64,000 nucleotides of DNA from Candidatus Micrarchaeia archaeon (GTDB lineage: Archaea; Micrarchaeota; Micrarchaeia; CABMEP01). Shown piece by piece: positions 10,199 through 20,485 of this stretch (its first letter is position 1; each line of letters starts with the position of its first letter). The stretch spans positions 1 through 64,000 of the forward strand of contig JAVZXS010000002.1 of the NCBI GenBank assembly GCA_038886535.1, read 5' to 3'. A program made the translations under genes and the position numbers. The notes beneath the pieces were generated by a model. It had not been told where the DNA came from, did not search any database, and saw only the letters and a list, made by a program, of their open reading frames with translations.

Positions 10199-10643
10199 AG
10201 AAAATAGATCTAAAAATCAGGTGACAAACCAGATGGCAATAAAAGACATAGAGAAGAAAATCAGGAATTTCAATAAAGAGATAAATGTTTTGTCAAAATC
10301 AAAAGAATTGAGGCACCTAAATCTAATGAAAAAAAGAGTACTTAGCCAGATAAAGAAGTGCATAGATCCAGAGTTAGGAAGCAATATAATGGATCTTGGT
10401 TTCATTTATGGTTTAGAATTGACAAAAACAGATAATAAATATAAAGTAAAAATAATTATGACCCTTACCTCTCCATTCTGTCCTTTATCTAATTATCTTG
10501 CATCAGATGTTAAGGAAAAAGTAATGAAGCTTAAAGATGTTTCAGATGTAGAAGTGGAAATAGTATTCAATCCACAATGGAACCCGTCAATGCTTTCAGC
10601 AGAATTGCAGAGAAAAATGTTTAGTCAATTCATTAATCCATAA
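10179..10643 (+). CDS. Metal-sulfur cluster assembly factor (DUF59/PaaD-like); true start may be GTG 10188 or later
   Basis: DPELGSNIMDLGFIY, MTLTSPFCP, FNPQW. Confidence 0.9.
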   Translation: MLRVKDKENRSKNQVTNQMAIKDIEKKIRNFNKEINVLSKSKELRHLNLMKKRVLSQIKKCIDPELGSNIMDLGFIYGLELTKTDNKYKVKIIMTLTSPFCPLSNYLASDVKEKVMKLKDVSDVEVEIVFNPQWNPSMLSAELQRKMFSQFINP

Positions 10644-10661
10644 CTAGTTATGTTTTCATAA

Positions 10662-10699
10662 ATCAACATATATCAACATATTGGTGTAATATCAACATA
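10662..10699 (+). repeat. Three copies of ATCAACATA between convergent genes
   Basis: Copies at 10662-10670, 10672-10680 and 10691-10699. Confidence 0.65.
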
Positions 10700-10711
10700 A
10701 GTCAAAGGTTC

Positions 10712-11155
10712 CTATACATCAATTATAACCTGACATCTCCACATTTCTTTTCCGTTTATTTTTATTTTCTCTACTTTAAAATGATGCATAGTAACTGCCT
10801 TTGCATCTATAACTATATCGTGTTTTTTCGGATCTATCTTATCCCCATATGCATTTGCATGAAGCATATATCCTTCATCATCTCTATGGATTTTAATATC
10901 AAATTTACTAAAAAACATCTGTTCTGCATCCTTTAGAAAAACTAGTTCATCTAAAAAAGAGAATAGGAGTCTCTCTTCATTTATTTCTTTCTTAGAAATT
11001 TCATATTTTGTTTTAGGCTCTATTTTATTCGGGTCTCTCACCATTACACCAAGTAAGGCAATTCCAGCATATGAGAACATTTCTTCCAATGATTCTCCTG
11101 TTGCCTCAAATGCAACATCTGCAGATGTTAATTCAGTAAGATATTTGTAAGCCAT
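10712..11155 (-). CDS. Archease (RtcB activator)
   Basis: TSADVAFEATG, KAVTMH, C-terminal IIDV; directly downstream of rtcB; likely start MAYKY at 11155. Confidence 0.93.
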   Translation of the reverse strand: MAYKYLTELTSADVAFEATGESLEEMFSYAGIALLGVMVRDPNKIEPKTKYEISKKEINEERLLFSFLDELVFLKDAEQMFFSKFDIKIHRDDEGYMLHANAYGDKIDPKKHDIVIDAKAVTMHHFKVEKIKINGKEMWRCQVIIDV

Positions 11156-11175
11156 GTTTTCCCTTAAATTATCTA

Positions 11176-14133
11176 TCAACCTTTGATGTTTGCAATAGGT
11201 ATGAACCTTACAACTCTTTTTGATATTCCTGCATTTTCACAGGTTTCTGTAACATCATCTATCGATTTGTATGCAGCCCCTGCCTCCTCAGCCAATCCTG
11301 AAAGGCTGTCTGTTCTTACAATAATACCTCTTTTTTCCATATCCTTCTGCAATTGATCTCCTCTGAACTGATGCTTTGCCTGTGCCCTTGACATGGTTCT
11401 TCCGCTTCCATGCGCAGTGCTACCAAATGTATTTTCTTCTGCATATTTTGTACCCAATAACAAGTAGCTTCCAGTTTCCATTGATCCTCCGAGAATAACT
11501 GGCTGTCCAAGCTTGCTATATTCTGAAGGGATCTCTTTATTTTCAGGTCCAAATGCACGCGTGGCACCCTTTCTGTGAACTATTACCTCTTTCCAACTTC
11601 CCTCTATTAGATACTTCTCCAGCTTTGCTGTGTTATGTGTGACGTCATAAATTTGATGCATTCCTAGTTTTTCAGGATCTGATTTAAAGACATCGCTAAA
11701 TACTTCTCTTATTCTATGGAGTATGACTTGACGGTTTGCAAATGCCATGTTCATTGCTCCTTTCATTGCTGAGAAATAAGTCTGACCTTCTGGCGAGTTG
11801 AAAGGCGCACAAGCAAGCTCCTTGTCCAGGATTTTTATCTTATATTTTGATTCCATTACATTAAGAAAAGTATTAAGAGAATCAGTTGCAACCTGGTGTC
11901 CAAATCCTCTGCTTCCACAATGGAACATTACAACAATCTGACCAGGGAATATACCAAGCTTCTTTGCAGCCTCTTTGTCAAAAATGTTTTCCTCCTTTAC
12001 AACTTGAATTTCTAGGTAATGATTTCCTGAACCTAATGTTCCAATTTGATCATAACCTCTTGTGATTGCTCTTTGACTTATCTTTGAAGCATCCGCCCCT
12101 TCCATGCATCCCTCTTCCTCTGTTCTCTTAAGATCTTCATCCCATCCGTATCCTTTTTTAACAGCCCATTTTGCTCCTTCTTCTATTACCTTTTTGAATT
12201 CGTCCTTGCTTATTTTTACAAATCCAGTTGCACCTACACCTGAGGGAACTCTCTTGAATAATTGATCTATTAATTCACGAATTTTTGGCTTTACATCGTT
12301 TATGGTCAAATCAGTTCTTACAAGACGCATTCCGCAGTTTGATACCACAAATCCATTTGCTATGAAATTATGTGCCCTATGGTTGATAGTAAAGTCGTAT
12401 ACCCAGCCTTCATAGTCTGTTTTTTCCTTTTGAACTACTTCTGTCCATATTGCTCCACTTCTACCGAGTCCTTCGGTTGCTTTCTTGCAAAAATCTTCAA
12501 ACCTATCGAATTCGAACGATATTCTCGGTTTTGTTTTTCTTTTTTCGTAAATTGATCTTATTAAAAATCGTGAATTAACATATTCTGATTCAAGCTCTTT
12601 AATTATTTCAGATTTCGAATAGCTAGATTGCCTCATTGTTTCAGCTAAACTGATTGCATTTATTCTCTTATTTATTATGTTTTCTTTCAGCCTAAGATAT
12701 ACAATCGCAGCATTTGCCTTTGAAGTTTTTTCATTGTTATATTCAAATCCAATCGTTTTGTACAATCTAATCAAATTTTCCGAGTCATTATGCACATGCA
12801 AGCGTATTCTGAATGTTTTGCTGAATTTCCCATCATATTCATAAACCGGTTCACTTACAACGCTTTTTATGTTAAATTCAGCAAGTATTTTTTGTATTTC
12901 AGAAAGAAAATCTACTCCAGATTTAATACATTCTGCTGATTTGTTTATTGATACAGATGGCATGTAAAAATTGAATTCATGGTTAGTAAGTACCTTTGGA
13001 GTACTCATTTCAGCTCCAAAGAATGCAGCAAGGAACAATCGTTTTTGCCACTTTGGAGATTTCGTGATCCATGCAGGCAATTTAAATGCCTGATATGTCT
13101 TATTGCCTACAGGTGCACCAAGCATGGCTAACAATGCAGCAAAAGCGCGCGAAGAAACACGCAAAGAATGCTCCAGAAATTCAAATCTGACCTCACCGTA
13201 TTTTGTAGAAATTTTATGTTTTCTTTTTCTTGAATAGATTTTGCTCGAGAATCCAAGGCGCTTAATTTCATCTTGCATGTTTTTAAGATCTTCCTTATTT
13301 CCCCAGAAGCATGAGCATATTCTACCACTTCGATCAATGTATATGGTTCCATCTCCCATGTTGTACGCAACTAATTTTATAAGCAGAGGAAAATTCTCAG
13401 ATGAAAATCTTAGAGGAAGGAGATTTCTTTTTTTAAGTTCTGTAATTATTTTCTCTTTGCTTGTTTTTGAAAGAGGTAAAATATCGATATCTGATTCGCT
13501 GACAATTATTTCTTCTGATGGAATCTCATATTCCGTTCCTTCAAAGGGAAAAACCACTATTTTTTCTCCTTCTTTTATATCCTGTATCTTTTTCATTCCA
13601 TCCTTTGTCATGATCGGGTGGTCTGCTGTTGCCTTTATCTCCATTCCACATTTAGTCTTTATAATAAAAACATCATCTTTAGACCTGCGCCTTAAATGGA
13701 AAAGAATATCTGCATTAGTCCTTCTTTTTTCTGAAATTAGTGGCAATCTTATCTGTGTTTTGGATTCGAACATGTCTTCAATTCTCAGTGTATACCCATA
13801 TTCAGTCAGTATGCGAGTCTCACCAACTAGACAATTTATGTCAAAGCCCACCCCACCGGGTGAAATTACACCTGTTTCTATGTCAAATGCTGCAACACCA
13901 CCTATTGGAAAACCATATCCGGAATGGCCATCCGGCATGACATAAGAGTATCTTTGAATTCCTGGGAGAGTAGCAACATTTGATGCCTGGTCAAACACTG
14001 CAAGATCCATCGTATCAAGCAATTTCTTGCTTGCATATACTCTTACAGGTACTCGCATTCCTTGCTTGAAAGACGGAGAAATTTCCCATAGATAATCATT
14101 TATCTTTATGAATTCAGGTTTTTTCTGCACCAC
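11176..14133 (-). CDS. rtcB: tRNA-splicing ligase RtcB, intein-containing (about 486 aa after splicing)
   Basis: MPDGHSGYGFPIGG, GFDIN/CGMR, GTLGSGNHYLE, HCGSRGFGHQ, HRKGATRAF, HGSGR. Confidence 0.98.
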   Translation of the reverse strand: MVQKKPEFIKINDYLWEISPSFKQGMRVPVRVYASKKLLDTMDLAVFDQASNVATLPGIQRYSYVMPDGHSGYGFPIGGVAAFDIETGVISPGGVGFDINCLVGETRILTEYGYTLRIEDMFESKTQIRLPLISEKRRTNADILFHLRRRSKDDVFIIKTKCGMEIKATADHPIMTKDGMKKIQDIKEGEKIVVFPFEGTEYEIPSEEIIVSESDIDILPLSKTSKEKIITELKKRNLLPLRFSSENFPLLIKLVAYNMGDGTIYIDRSGRICSCFWGNKEDLKNMQDEIKRLGFSSKIYSRKRKHKISTKYGEVRFEFLEHSLRVSSRAFAALLAMLGAPVGNKTYQAFKLPAWITKSPKWQKRLFLAAFFGAEMSTPKVLTNHEFNFYMPSVSINKSAECIKSGVDFLSEIQKILAEFNIKSVVSEPVYEYDGKFSKTFRIRLHVHNDSENLIRLYKTIGFEYNNEKTSKANAAIVYLRLKENIINKRINAISLAETMRQSSYSKSEIIKELESEYVNSRFLIRSIYEKRKTKPRISFEFDRFEDFCKKATEGLGRSGAIWTEVVQKEKTDYEGWVYDFTINHRAHNFIANGFVVSNCGMRLVRTDLTINDVKPKIRELIDQLFKRVPSGVGATGFVKISKDEFKKVIEEGAKWAVKKGYGWDEDLKRTEEEGCMEGADASKISQRAITRGYDQIGTLGSGNHYLEIQVVKEENIFDKEAAKKLGIFPGQIVVMFHCGSRGFGHQVATDSLNTFLNVMESKYKIKILDKELACAPFNSPEGQTYFSAMKGAMNMAFANRQVILHRIREVFSDVFKSDPEKLGMHQIYDVTHNTAKLEKYLIEGSWKEVIVHRKGATRAFGPENKEIPSEYSKLGQPVILGGSMETGSYLLLGTKYAEENTFGSTAHGSGRTMSRAQAKHQFRGDQLQKDMEKRGIIVRTDSLSGLAEEAGAAYKSIDDVTETCENAGISKRVVRFIPIANIKG
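12337..13833 (-). mobile_element. Intein (499 aa) with LAGLIDADG-type homing endonuclease region in RtcB
   Basis: Starts CLVGETRI after DIN; block B ATADHPI; LAGLIDADG-like YNMGDG and FFGAEM; ends HNFIANGFVVSN before Cys+1. Confidence 0.95.
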
Positions 14134-14237
14134 ACCTTCACCCCATAGATAATTAGAAAAATTAATTATTTCAATGAAATATTTTGTTATATTATTACAG
14201 TATCATCTTTATTAATCTTTATTCACAATTATCTATC

Positions 14238-15191
14238 ATGGCCTTTGAAATACTTTTACAATTATTCTTTCTTATAATTGCATTAATCGCATTGGCATTC
14301 TCCTCTAAAATAGCATTAGAGAGCGCAGAGAAGCTTGCTTCATATTTTGGATTGAGTCAACTTGCTATCGGCTTTATCTTAATCTCTGTCCTTACAAGCC
14401 TTCCTGAATTCTCAATTGCAATTCTATCATCTTCATCACACAACAATAATCTTTCTCTTGGAGATTTGTTGGGATCTAATGTTACGAATATTGCATTAAT
14501 ATTTGGATTATTTCTATTTCTGTCAATGAAACCTATAAGGCCTAATAAAAAGAGAATGAATGAAATTCTGCTTTATATTTTCATTTCATTAATACCTGTT
14601 GTTCTGTTTATAGATGGGTCTCTTTCATTTACTGACGGTTTGATACTGTTGGTACTTTATCTATTTTTCATTAAAAACATATTAGATTCAAGAGAAAAAA
14701 CATTCACAATAAGTAATCTAGATAAGAAGAGTGCAGCAAGAGAATTCTTAGTATTGCTTGCAGCAATATTTATTGTAATAATTAGTGCAGAATTTGTAAT
14801 TAAAATAGCTGTAGAAATAGCGGAAATGTTGAATCTGTTCCAATCATTTATCGGAGCTACATTAATTGCATTCAACACTTCGTTACCTGAACTTGCCCTT
14901 ACTCTTGTTGCAGTTAGAAAAAGAGTCTCAGACATTGCTATAGGTAATTTGATAGGAAGCAACGTCATTAATATCACTCTTCTTTTAGGTTTGAATGTTT
15001 TGATAAACCCATTTTTACCTAATATAGAAGTTGCTAGCGCAATCTTTGCTTTCATCTTTATAACTTCAGGATATCTCGTTTACAAGCTTCTTTTGCATAA
15101 TTCATTGGAGAAGAAAGATGGTATTGTTTTACTTGCCGCTTATGTTTTATATATAATCGTTCTCTCATCAGTTCAAATAGCCCTCCATTAG
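14238..15191 (+). CDS. Sodium:calcium (CaCA family) antiporter
   Basis: Two alpha-repeats TSLPE...GDLLGSNV and TSLPE...GNLIGSNV; likely start MAFEIL at 14238. Confidence 0.93.
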   Translation: MAFEILLQLFFLIIALIALAFSSKIALESAEKLASYFGLSQLAIGFILISVLTSLPEFSIAILSSSSHNNNLSLGDLLGSNVTNIALIFGLFLFLSMKPIRPNKKRMNEILLYIFISLIPVVLFIDGSLSFTDGLILLVLYLFFIKNILDSREKTFTISNLDKKSAAREFLVLLAAIFIVIISAEFVIKIAVEIAEMLNLFQSFIGATLIAFNTSLPELALTLVAVRKRVSDIAIGNLIGSNVINITLLLGLNVLINPFLPNIEVASAIFAFIFITSGYLVYKLLLHNSLEKKDGIVLLAAYVLYIIVLSSVQIALH

Positions 15192-15204
15192 TGCAAGTGA
15201 GTAT

Positions 15205-16644
15205 ATGAAAAATCATATCAGGCAGAGAAGACATACCATGAACCTTTCAGTGATTGAAGGGAGCTTATATTCATGCATGGTTGGATTCGCACAGTATTTT
15301 ATAACACCATACGCAGTATTCTTAGGTATGTCTAATTTTATGATTGGTTTACTGCGTTCAATTTCATCTCTTGTTTCTGCATTAGGCTTTTATCTAAGCC
15401 CCTTACTTATGCAGTTTGAAGAAAAACGAAAAGAAACAATATCTAAGTTTGTTTCTTATCAAGCTTATACAATAATATTATTTCTTTTAATTCCATTATT
15501 TCCATTTGATAAATCAATTTTATTCATCATTTTTTATTCACTGTTTCTTTTCTTTGGTTCACTAATATCTCCAATTTGGACTTCACTAATGAAAGATGTT
15601 GTAATAAAGAAAGAGCGAGGTTCATATTTTGGAATGAGAAACAAACTTGCAGGACTTTTTGAAGTTGGTTCTTCTTTAGTTGCAGGTGCGATACTTAGCT
15701 ATTTTACAAACAATGTTTATTTAGGATTTATAACAATCTTTATCTTCGCCTTTATATTTAGAATTTTTTCATCAAATTTAATACTTAAACATTGGGACCC
15801 AGTATCAAGATCAAAAAGACCAATGCATAAGTCTCAAGGTTTTAATTTAAAATTACTTATCCTAAATGATGCATATCTAAATAATCTGATTCTTCTTGGA
15901 GGAGGAATGCTTTTTGCTACAAATATTGCAGGTCCATTCTTTGCGGTTTTCATGCTTAAAAATTTGAATTTTAGTTATCTTGATTTTACAATTGCAACAA
16001 TTGCATCAACCTTAGCAACACTTCTATCTCAACCATATTGGGGTAAATTAATAGATAAATATGGAACGCGTCCAGTTATATTCTCCACTTCAATCTTAAT
16101 TCCACTCATTCCATTACTATGGGTTCCAGCTACTAATCTTTCTTATGTAATTATTATCCAGCTTTATTCTGGCCTTGTTTGGGCAGGTTTTGATTTAGCT
16201 GTGTTTAACATGTTATTGAAGATATCTCCCAGAAATAAGACTCAATTGTATTCTGCATCATACAATGGTGCAATATCGATATTAACATTTCTAGGCATGT
16301 TAACTGGTAGTTTTATCATATTGGCTTTGGATTATGTTGATATAAAGATACTTAATAGTATTCAGATAATCTTTATTATTTCTGGTTTATTGAGATTTAT
16401 TGTTGCAGGGATTGCGCTTCCAAGAATAACCAAGCATATGCAGGTTAATTCTTTAGAGTTTTTCGTGAAAACAATAACAGTATATCCAATTAAAGGTGTG
16501 TTATCAGAAGTTGAACAGGGAACAATATTCGCTGAACAAATAGTGGTTTCAACTTCAAGATTAATATTTGATCCAATCGCTTCCTTCAAAAGAATTTCAA
16601 AAGGTTTTAAAGCAACCATAAGTTTAATAAGCCCAAAGAGATAA
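15205..16644 (+). CDS. MFS transporter
   Basis: About 12 TM segments; ERGSYFGMRN and WGKLIDKYGTR motifs. Confidence 0.9.
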   Translation: MKNHIRQRRHTMNLSVIEGSLYSCMVGFAQYFITPYAVFLGMSNFMIGLLRSISSLVSALGFYLSPLLMQFEEKRKETISKFVSYQAYTIILFLLIPLFPFDKSILFIIFYSLFLFFGSLISPIWTSLMKDVVIKKERGSYFGMRNKLAGLFEVGSSLVAGAILSYFTNNVYLGFITIFIFAFIFRIFSSNLILKHWDPVSRSKRPMHKSQGFNLKLLILNDAYLNNLILLGGGMLFATNIAGPFFAVFMLKNLNFSYLDFTIATIASTLATLLSQPYWGKLIDKYGTRPVIFSTSILIPLIPLLWVPATNLSYVIIIQLYSGLVWAGFDLAVFNMLLKISPRNKTQLYSASYNGAISILTFLGMLTGSFIILALDYVDIKILNSIQIIFIISGLLRFIVAGIALPRITKHMQVNSLEFFVKTITVYPIKGVLSEVEQGTIFAEQIVVSTSRLIFDPIASFKRISKGFKATISLISPKR

Positions 16645-16686
16645 TATTTTCAAATCTTATAGAAAATTATTAAACGTAGTGATAAT

Positions 16687-17193
16687 ATGCAGATAGTCAA
16701 AATCCCAGTTGAAAGGATAAAGGTATTAATGTCAAATGCAAAATTAATAGAAGAAAAGGGAGAGATAGAACTTTCTGTTTCAAATGAAGAAGGGATATTA
16801 ATTAAATCAAGCGACCCTATAGCTGAATGGAAGGCAATCAACGTGGTTAAGGCAGTAGGGAGAGGTTTCAATCCAATGATAGCAATAAATCTTTTTAGTG
16901 ATGATTATATTCTCCATATCATAAATCTTAAAGACATATTTGACAAGGAAAAGCAGAGAATAAGAGTCAGAGCAAGACTTATAGGCACAAAAGGAAAGAC
17001 AAGAGCCACAATAGAAGAAATAAGCGGTGCATTTGTTTGTATATACGGAAACACTATAAGTTTCATAGGGAAACCTGAAGAAGTTGCCATGGCAGTAGAA
17101 GCTGCAAACATGATAATAAACGGAGTAAGTCACGGTGCAGTTTATATGTTTCTTCAAAAAGAAAGAAAACGATTAGAATCAATGAAAATTTGA
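16687..17193 (+). CDS. KH-domain pre-rRNA processing protein (Dim2/Pno1-like)
   Basis: KAVGRGFNP, RARLIGTKGKTR, HGAVY. Confidence 0.9.
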   Translation: MQIVKIPVERIKVLMSNAKLIEEKGEIELSVSNEEGILIKSSDPIAEWKAINVVKAVGRGFNPMIAINLFSDDYILHIINLKDIFDKEKQRIRVRARLIGTKGKTRATIEEISGAFVCIYGNTISFIGKPEEVAMAVEAANMIINGVSHGAVYMFLQKERKRLESMKI

Positions 17194-17329
17194 TTTTTTT
17201 AGCCATTTTTACTTCTTAATGTCATGTTTTTAATATTTTCTTAACAAATATATATGTTGCTTAATTAGCAAAATAAAAACAAAGAACGCAAACGCTCTTT
17301 TCTTTTATTAGGTCGACCAAGGTGTTCGT

Positions 17330-19072
17330 ATGGATCAAAAAGATCAGATTCCACAAGTTACTGTGCAAGAAGTTCCTCAACTAAATAAAGATCAGGTGAT
17401 TTCTACAGAGATAAAATCAACAAAAATAACCGCAGGGGTTCAAGAAATAGAGAGTAAAGAGATATTCTCAGAATTCCGTGAGCATTCTGTAGCAGAATTC
17501 TTTAAGAAAAATAGGCAGATGCTTGGTTTATCAGGTAAGGTCAGGTCACTTACAACACTTGTTCACGAATATGTAACAAACAGTTTGGATGCATGTGAAG
17601 AAGCAAAGATTCTTCCAAATATATATGTCAAAATTGATAATCTTCCAAATGGTCATGTAAGACTTTATGTAGAAGACAATGGGCCCGGAATACCTAAACA
17701 ATTCATAGGAAGGGCGCTTGGTCAGATGCTTGCAGGCACTAAATTCCACAGATTTGTTCAACAAAGAGGTCAGCAAGGTATAGGTGCTACAGCTGGAACA
17801 ATGTATGCTCAAATAACAACAGGAAAACCGATACATTGTCGCTCAAGTACAGGAGATAATATTATATATGAATGCGATATTGCAGTTGATCTTAAAACAA
17901 ATACTCCAAAAATTTCAAACATGGTTGAATACACTGGAAAATATAGAGGCTTAACTATAATTGGAGAATTTGGAGAGGTCAAATATGATAGAAGTGAGTA
18001 TTCTGCATTCGAATATCTAAAAGCAACCGCACTTGCCAATCCTCATGCTCAAATAACAATCGTAGAGCCAGATGGTCAGAGAACAGTATTTCAAAGAGCA
18101 CATGAAGAAGTACCTGAGAGGCCAAAACCAGCACAACCACATCCATTAGGAATTACGACTGATGACTTGATCAATTATGCTCATCATTCCAAAGAAAGGA
18201 AGCTTTCATCTTTCCTTACTGCCAACTTTGCAAGGATATCAGATTCAAAGATAGAAGAATTAAAGAAACTGTGCCCATCGATAAACTTTGACAAGATGCC
18301 TAGGGAACTTAAGTGGGAGGAGGCAGAAGCAATAGTCAATGCATTTAAACAGATAAAATGGATCGCCCCTTCAGCAGATCCACTAAGGCCGATAGGAAAG
18401 GAGCAAATAGAAAAAGCACTTAAAAACGTACTTCAACCTGAATTTATTTCTGTTTCTGAGAGAAGCCCCAAGGTATTTAGAGGAGGAGTTCCTTTCTTAG
18501 TTGAAGTTGGAATTGCATACAAAGGAAAGGCCGGAAGGCAAAAATCAGATGGTACAGTGGGATTAGATGTGAAGAGATTTGCAAATAGAGCACCGCTTCT
18601 TTTTGATGCAGGTGGATGTGCAACAATGGAAGCAGTCAAGACAATCGATTGGAGTCGATATGGGTTAAAAGATATCGAGAATATGCCTGTAACTTTATTT
18701 ATGAATTTAGTTTCAGTACATGTACCCTACACAAGTGCAGGTAAGCAAGCAATTTCACCAGAAGAAGAAATAGTTGAAGAATTTAGATATGCAATTATGG
18801 AGGTTGCAAGAGATCTTGATCGTTATTTATCAGGAAAAATAAGAGATGAACAAAGAGAGGCGAGAAAGAAAGCAATAATGAGATATGTCAAACAATTGTC
18901 ATCTGATCTTCCTTATCTTGCAGGTGAAAAAACTCCTGAAGAACTTGAGAAGAAACTTATAAGTATAATCGAGTCTAAATATTCAAAGATATTTGAAAAA
19001 GGAAGGCTAACTAGTGAAGAAGAAAAGCAAATTAAAAAACAGAAAGAAGAGGAAGAAGATATAGAAGAATAA
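17330..19072 (+). CDS. top6B: DNA topoisomerase VI subunit B
   Basis: GHKL motifs EYVTNSLDA, EDNGPGI, RGQQGIG; RFANRAPL; VPYTSAGK. Confidence 0.98.
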   Translation: MDQKDQIPQVTVQEVPQLNKDQVISTEIKSTKITAGVQEIESKEIFSEFREHSVAEFFKKNRQMLGLSGKVRSLTTLVHEYVTNSLDACEEAKILPNIYVKIDNLPNGHVRLYVEDNGPGIPKQFIGRALGQMLAGTKFHRFVQQRGQQGIGATAGTMYAQITTGKPIHCRSSTGDNIIYECDIAVDLKTNTPKISNMVEYTGKYRGLTIIGEFGEVKYDRSEYSAFEYLKATALANPHAQITIVEPDGQRTVFQRAHEEVPERPKPAQPHPLGITTDDLINYAHHSKERKLSSFLTANFARISDSKIEELKKLCPSINFDKMPRELKWEEAEAIVNAFKQIKWIAPSADPLRPIGKEQIEKALKNVLQPEFISVSERSPKVFRGGVPFLVEVGIAYKGKAGRQKSDGTVGLDVKRFANRAPLLFDAGGCATMEAVKTIDWSRYGLKDIENMPVTLFMNLVSVHVPYTSAGKQAISPEEEIVEEFRYAIMEVARDLDRYLSGKIRDEQREARKKAIMRYVKQLSSDLPYLAGEKTPEELEKKLISIIESKYSKIFEKGRLTSEEEKQIKKQKEEEEDIEE

Positions 19073-19100
19073 TTCATTAGTTCAGATAAATGGTGATTTT

Positions 19101-20246
19101 ATGGCAAAGAAAAAAGATATTCAGATTGAAAAATCTAATGCACCTCTTACAAAAGAAGATATACTAGTAAAAGAAAAATTAGAAATGTTAGGAAAACAGT
19201 TGATTAGAGAAATTGAAAATGGTCAATCACCATATTTTGAAACTCTATTAAGAGGAAGGTCAAATGTATTCCATAGTGAAGAAGGTTATTTATATTTAGG
19301 TGATAAGAAGGAAAAAAGAGTTTTCCTTAATGTAGCACAAGCAAAGAAATTTATGCAGACTATAGCAGTAGCTGCTAAATGCAAGAAATTCAAAGAGGAG
19401 AATCTTCATACTTCAATTAGAGGTCTTTTCTATCAGTTGAAATTTACTTTAGGTGAGGATTTAGATGAGGAACTTTTTGAAGAACAATCAGAATCTAATG
19501 AACTTGTTGAAGACCTCGAAGTTGCTCTTTCACTTAAAAGAGAGGATCTAAATTTAAGTACAGATAGGAAGGGTGTAGTCGCTGGAAATCTTATCATACT
19601 CGATAAATTCGGTGGCGAAGAGATAGAGATAGATTGTACAAAACAAGGTCGTTCTGGATGGATGATCCCTTCTGATGTAGATAACGGAATGGAATTTATA
19701 GATGTAGATGTAGATTATGTTCTTGTAGTAGAAAAAGATGCGCTTTGGCAAAGATTGAATGAAGATAAATTCTGGAAAAAAGAAAATTGTCTTATAATTA
19801 CACCAAAAGGTCAAGCATCAAGAGGATGCAGAAGACTTATAAGAAAGTTGGCAGATAGAAACATTCCAATATACTGCTTTATGGATTGTGACGCATGGGG
19901 ATGGTACATATATTGGACAATAAAGACAGGAAGTATGAACCTTGCTTATTTAGGTAAAAACATTGCAACACCTGAAGCAAAGTTCATAGGTGTAACTATG
20001 TCTGATATAGAAAGATATGACTTCTTAAAGAAACTAACAATAAATGCAAAAGAAGTAGATCTTAAAAGAGCAGAAGAACTTCTTTCTTATCCTTGGATTA
20101 GCAAGCATCAAGATTGGGTTAAAGAATTGAAGATAGTTCTAGATACAAAGAAAAAGATAGAGCAGGATGCATTGCAAGGACCTCGTTTAACATTCGTTGG
20201 AGAATACGTAAGGGAAAAAATCGAGAAAAAGCAATTCTTATACTGA
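19101..20246 (+). CDS. top6A: DNA topoisomerase VI subunit A
   Basis: SIRGLFY catalytic Tyr, EQSES, VVEKD, DCDAWG; follows top6B. Confidence 0.97.
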   Translation: MAKKKDIQIEKSNAPLTKEDILVKEKLEMLGKQLIREIENGQSPYFETLLRGRSNVFHSEEGYLYLGDKKEKRVFLNVAQAKKFMQTIAVAAKCKKFKEENLHTSIRGLFYQLKFTLGEDLDEELFEEQSESNELVEDLEVALSLKREDLNLSTDRKGVVAGNLIILDKFGGEEIEIDCTKQGRSGWMIPSDVDNGMEFIDVDVDYVLVVEKDALWQRLNEDKFWKKENCLIITPKGQASRGCRRLIRKLADRNIPIYCFMDCDAWGWYIYWTIKTGSMNLAYLGKNIATPEAKFIGVTMSDIERYDFLKKLTINAKEVDLKRAEELLSYPWISKHQDWVKELKIVLDTKKKIEQDALQGPRLTFVGEYVREKIEKKQFLY

Positions 20247-20252
20247 AATGAA

Positions 20253-20288
20253 AATATCAATACGTTTCATAATATCAGTACGGTTCAT
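20253..20288 (+). repeat. Imperfect 18-bp tandem duplication downstream of top6A
   Basis: AATATCAATACGTTTCAT followed by AATATCAGTACGGTTCAT. Confidence 0.65.
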
Positions 20289-20485
20289 ACTCACATAGTT
20301 ATATGGTGATGTTTTTTGCAATATTGTTTCCTTTTTCTCATTTCATATTTTTTTGTTATATCATACTATTAAATGTGTTTTTAATATTGTAAAAATACAA
20401 TATGTAGTATAAATTTTATTCGTTTAATGTCGTATTTTCAGAAATTTATAGAAAACTTTTTAAAGTTCAATGTTTCTTATATTTT

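Noticed and set aside
13241..13945. 234-aa plus-strand ORF inside rtcB
   Set aside because: Antisense shadow of the rtcB/intein frame; no motifs
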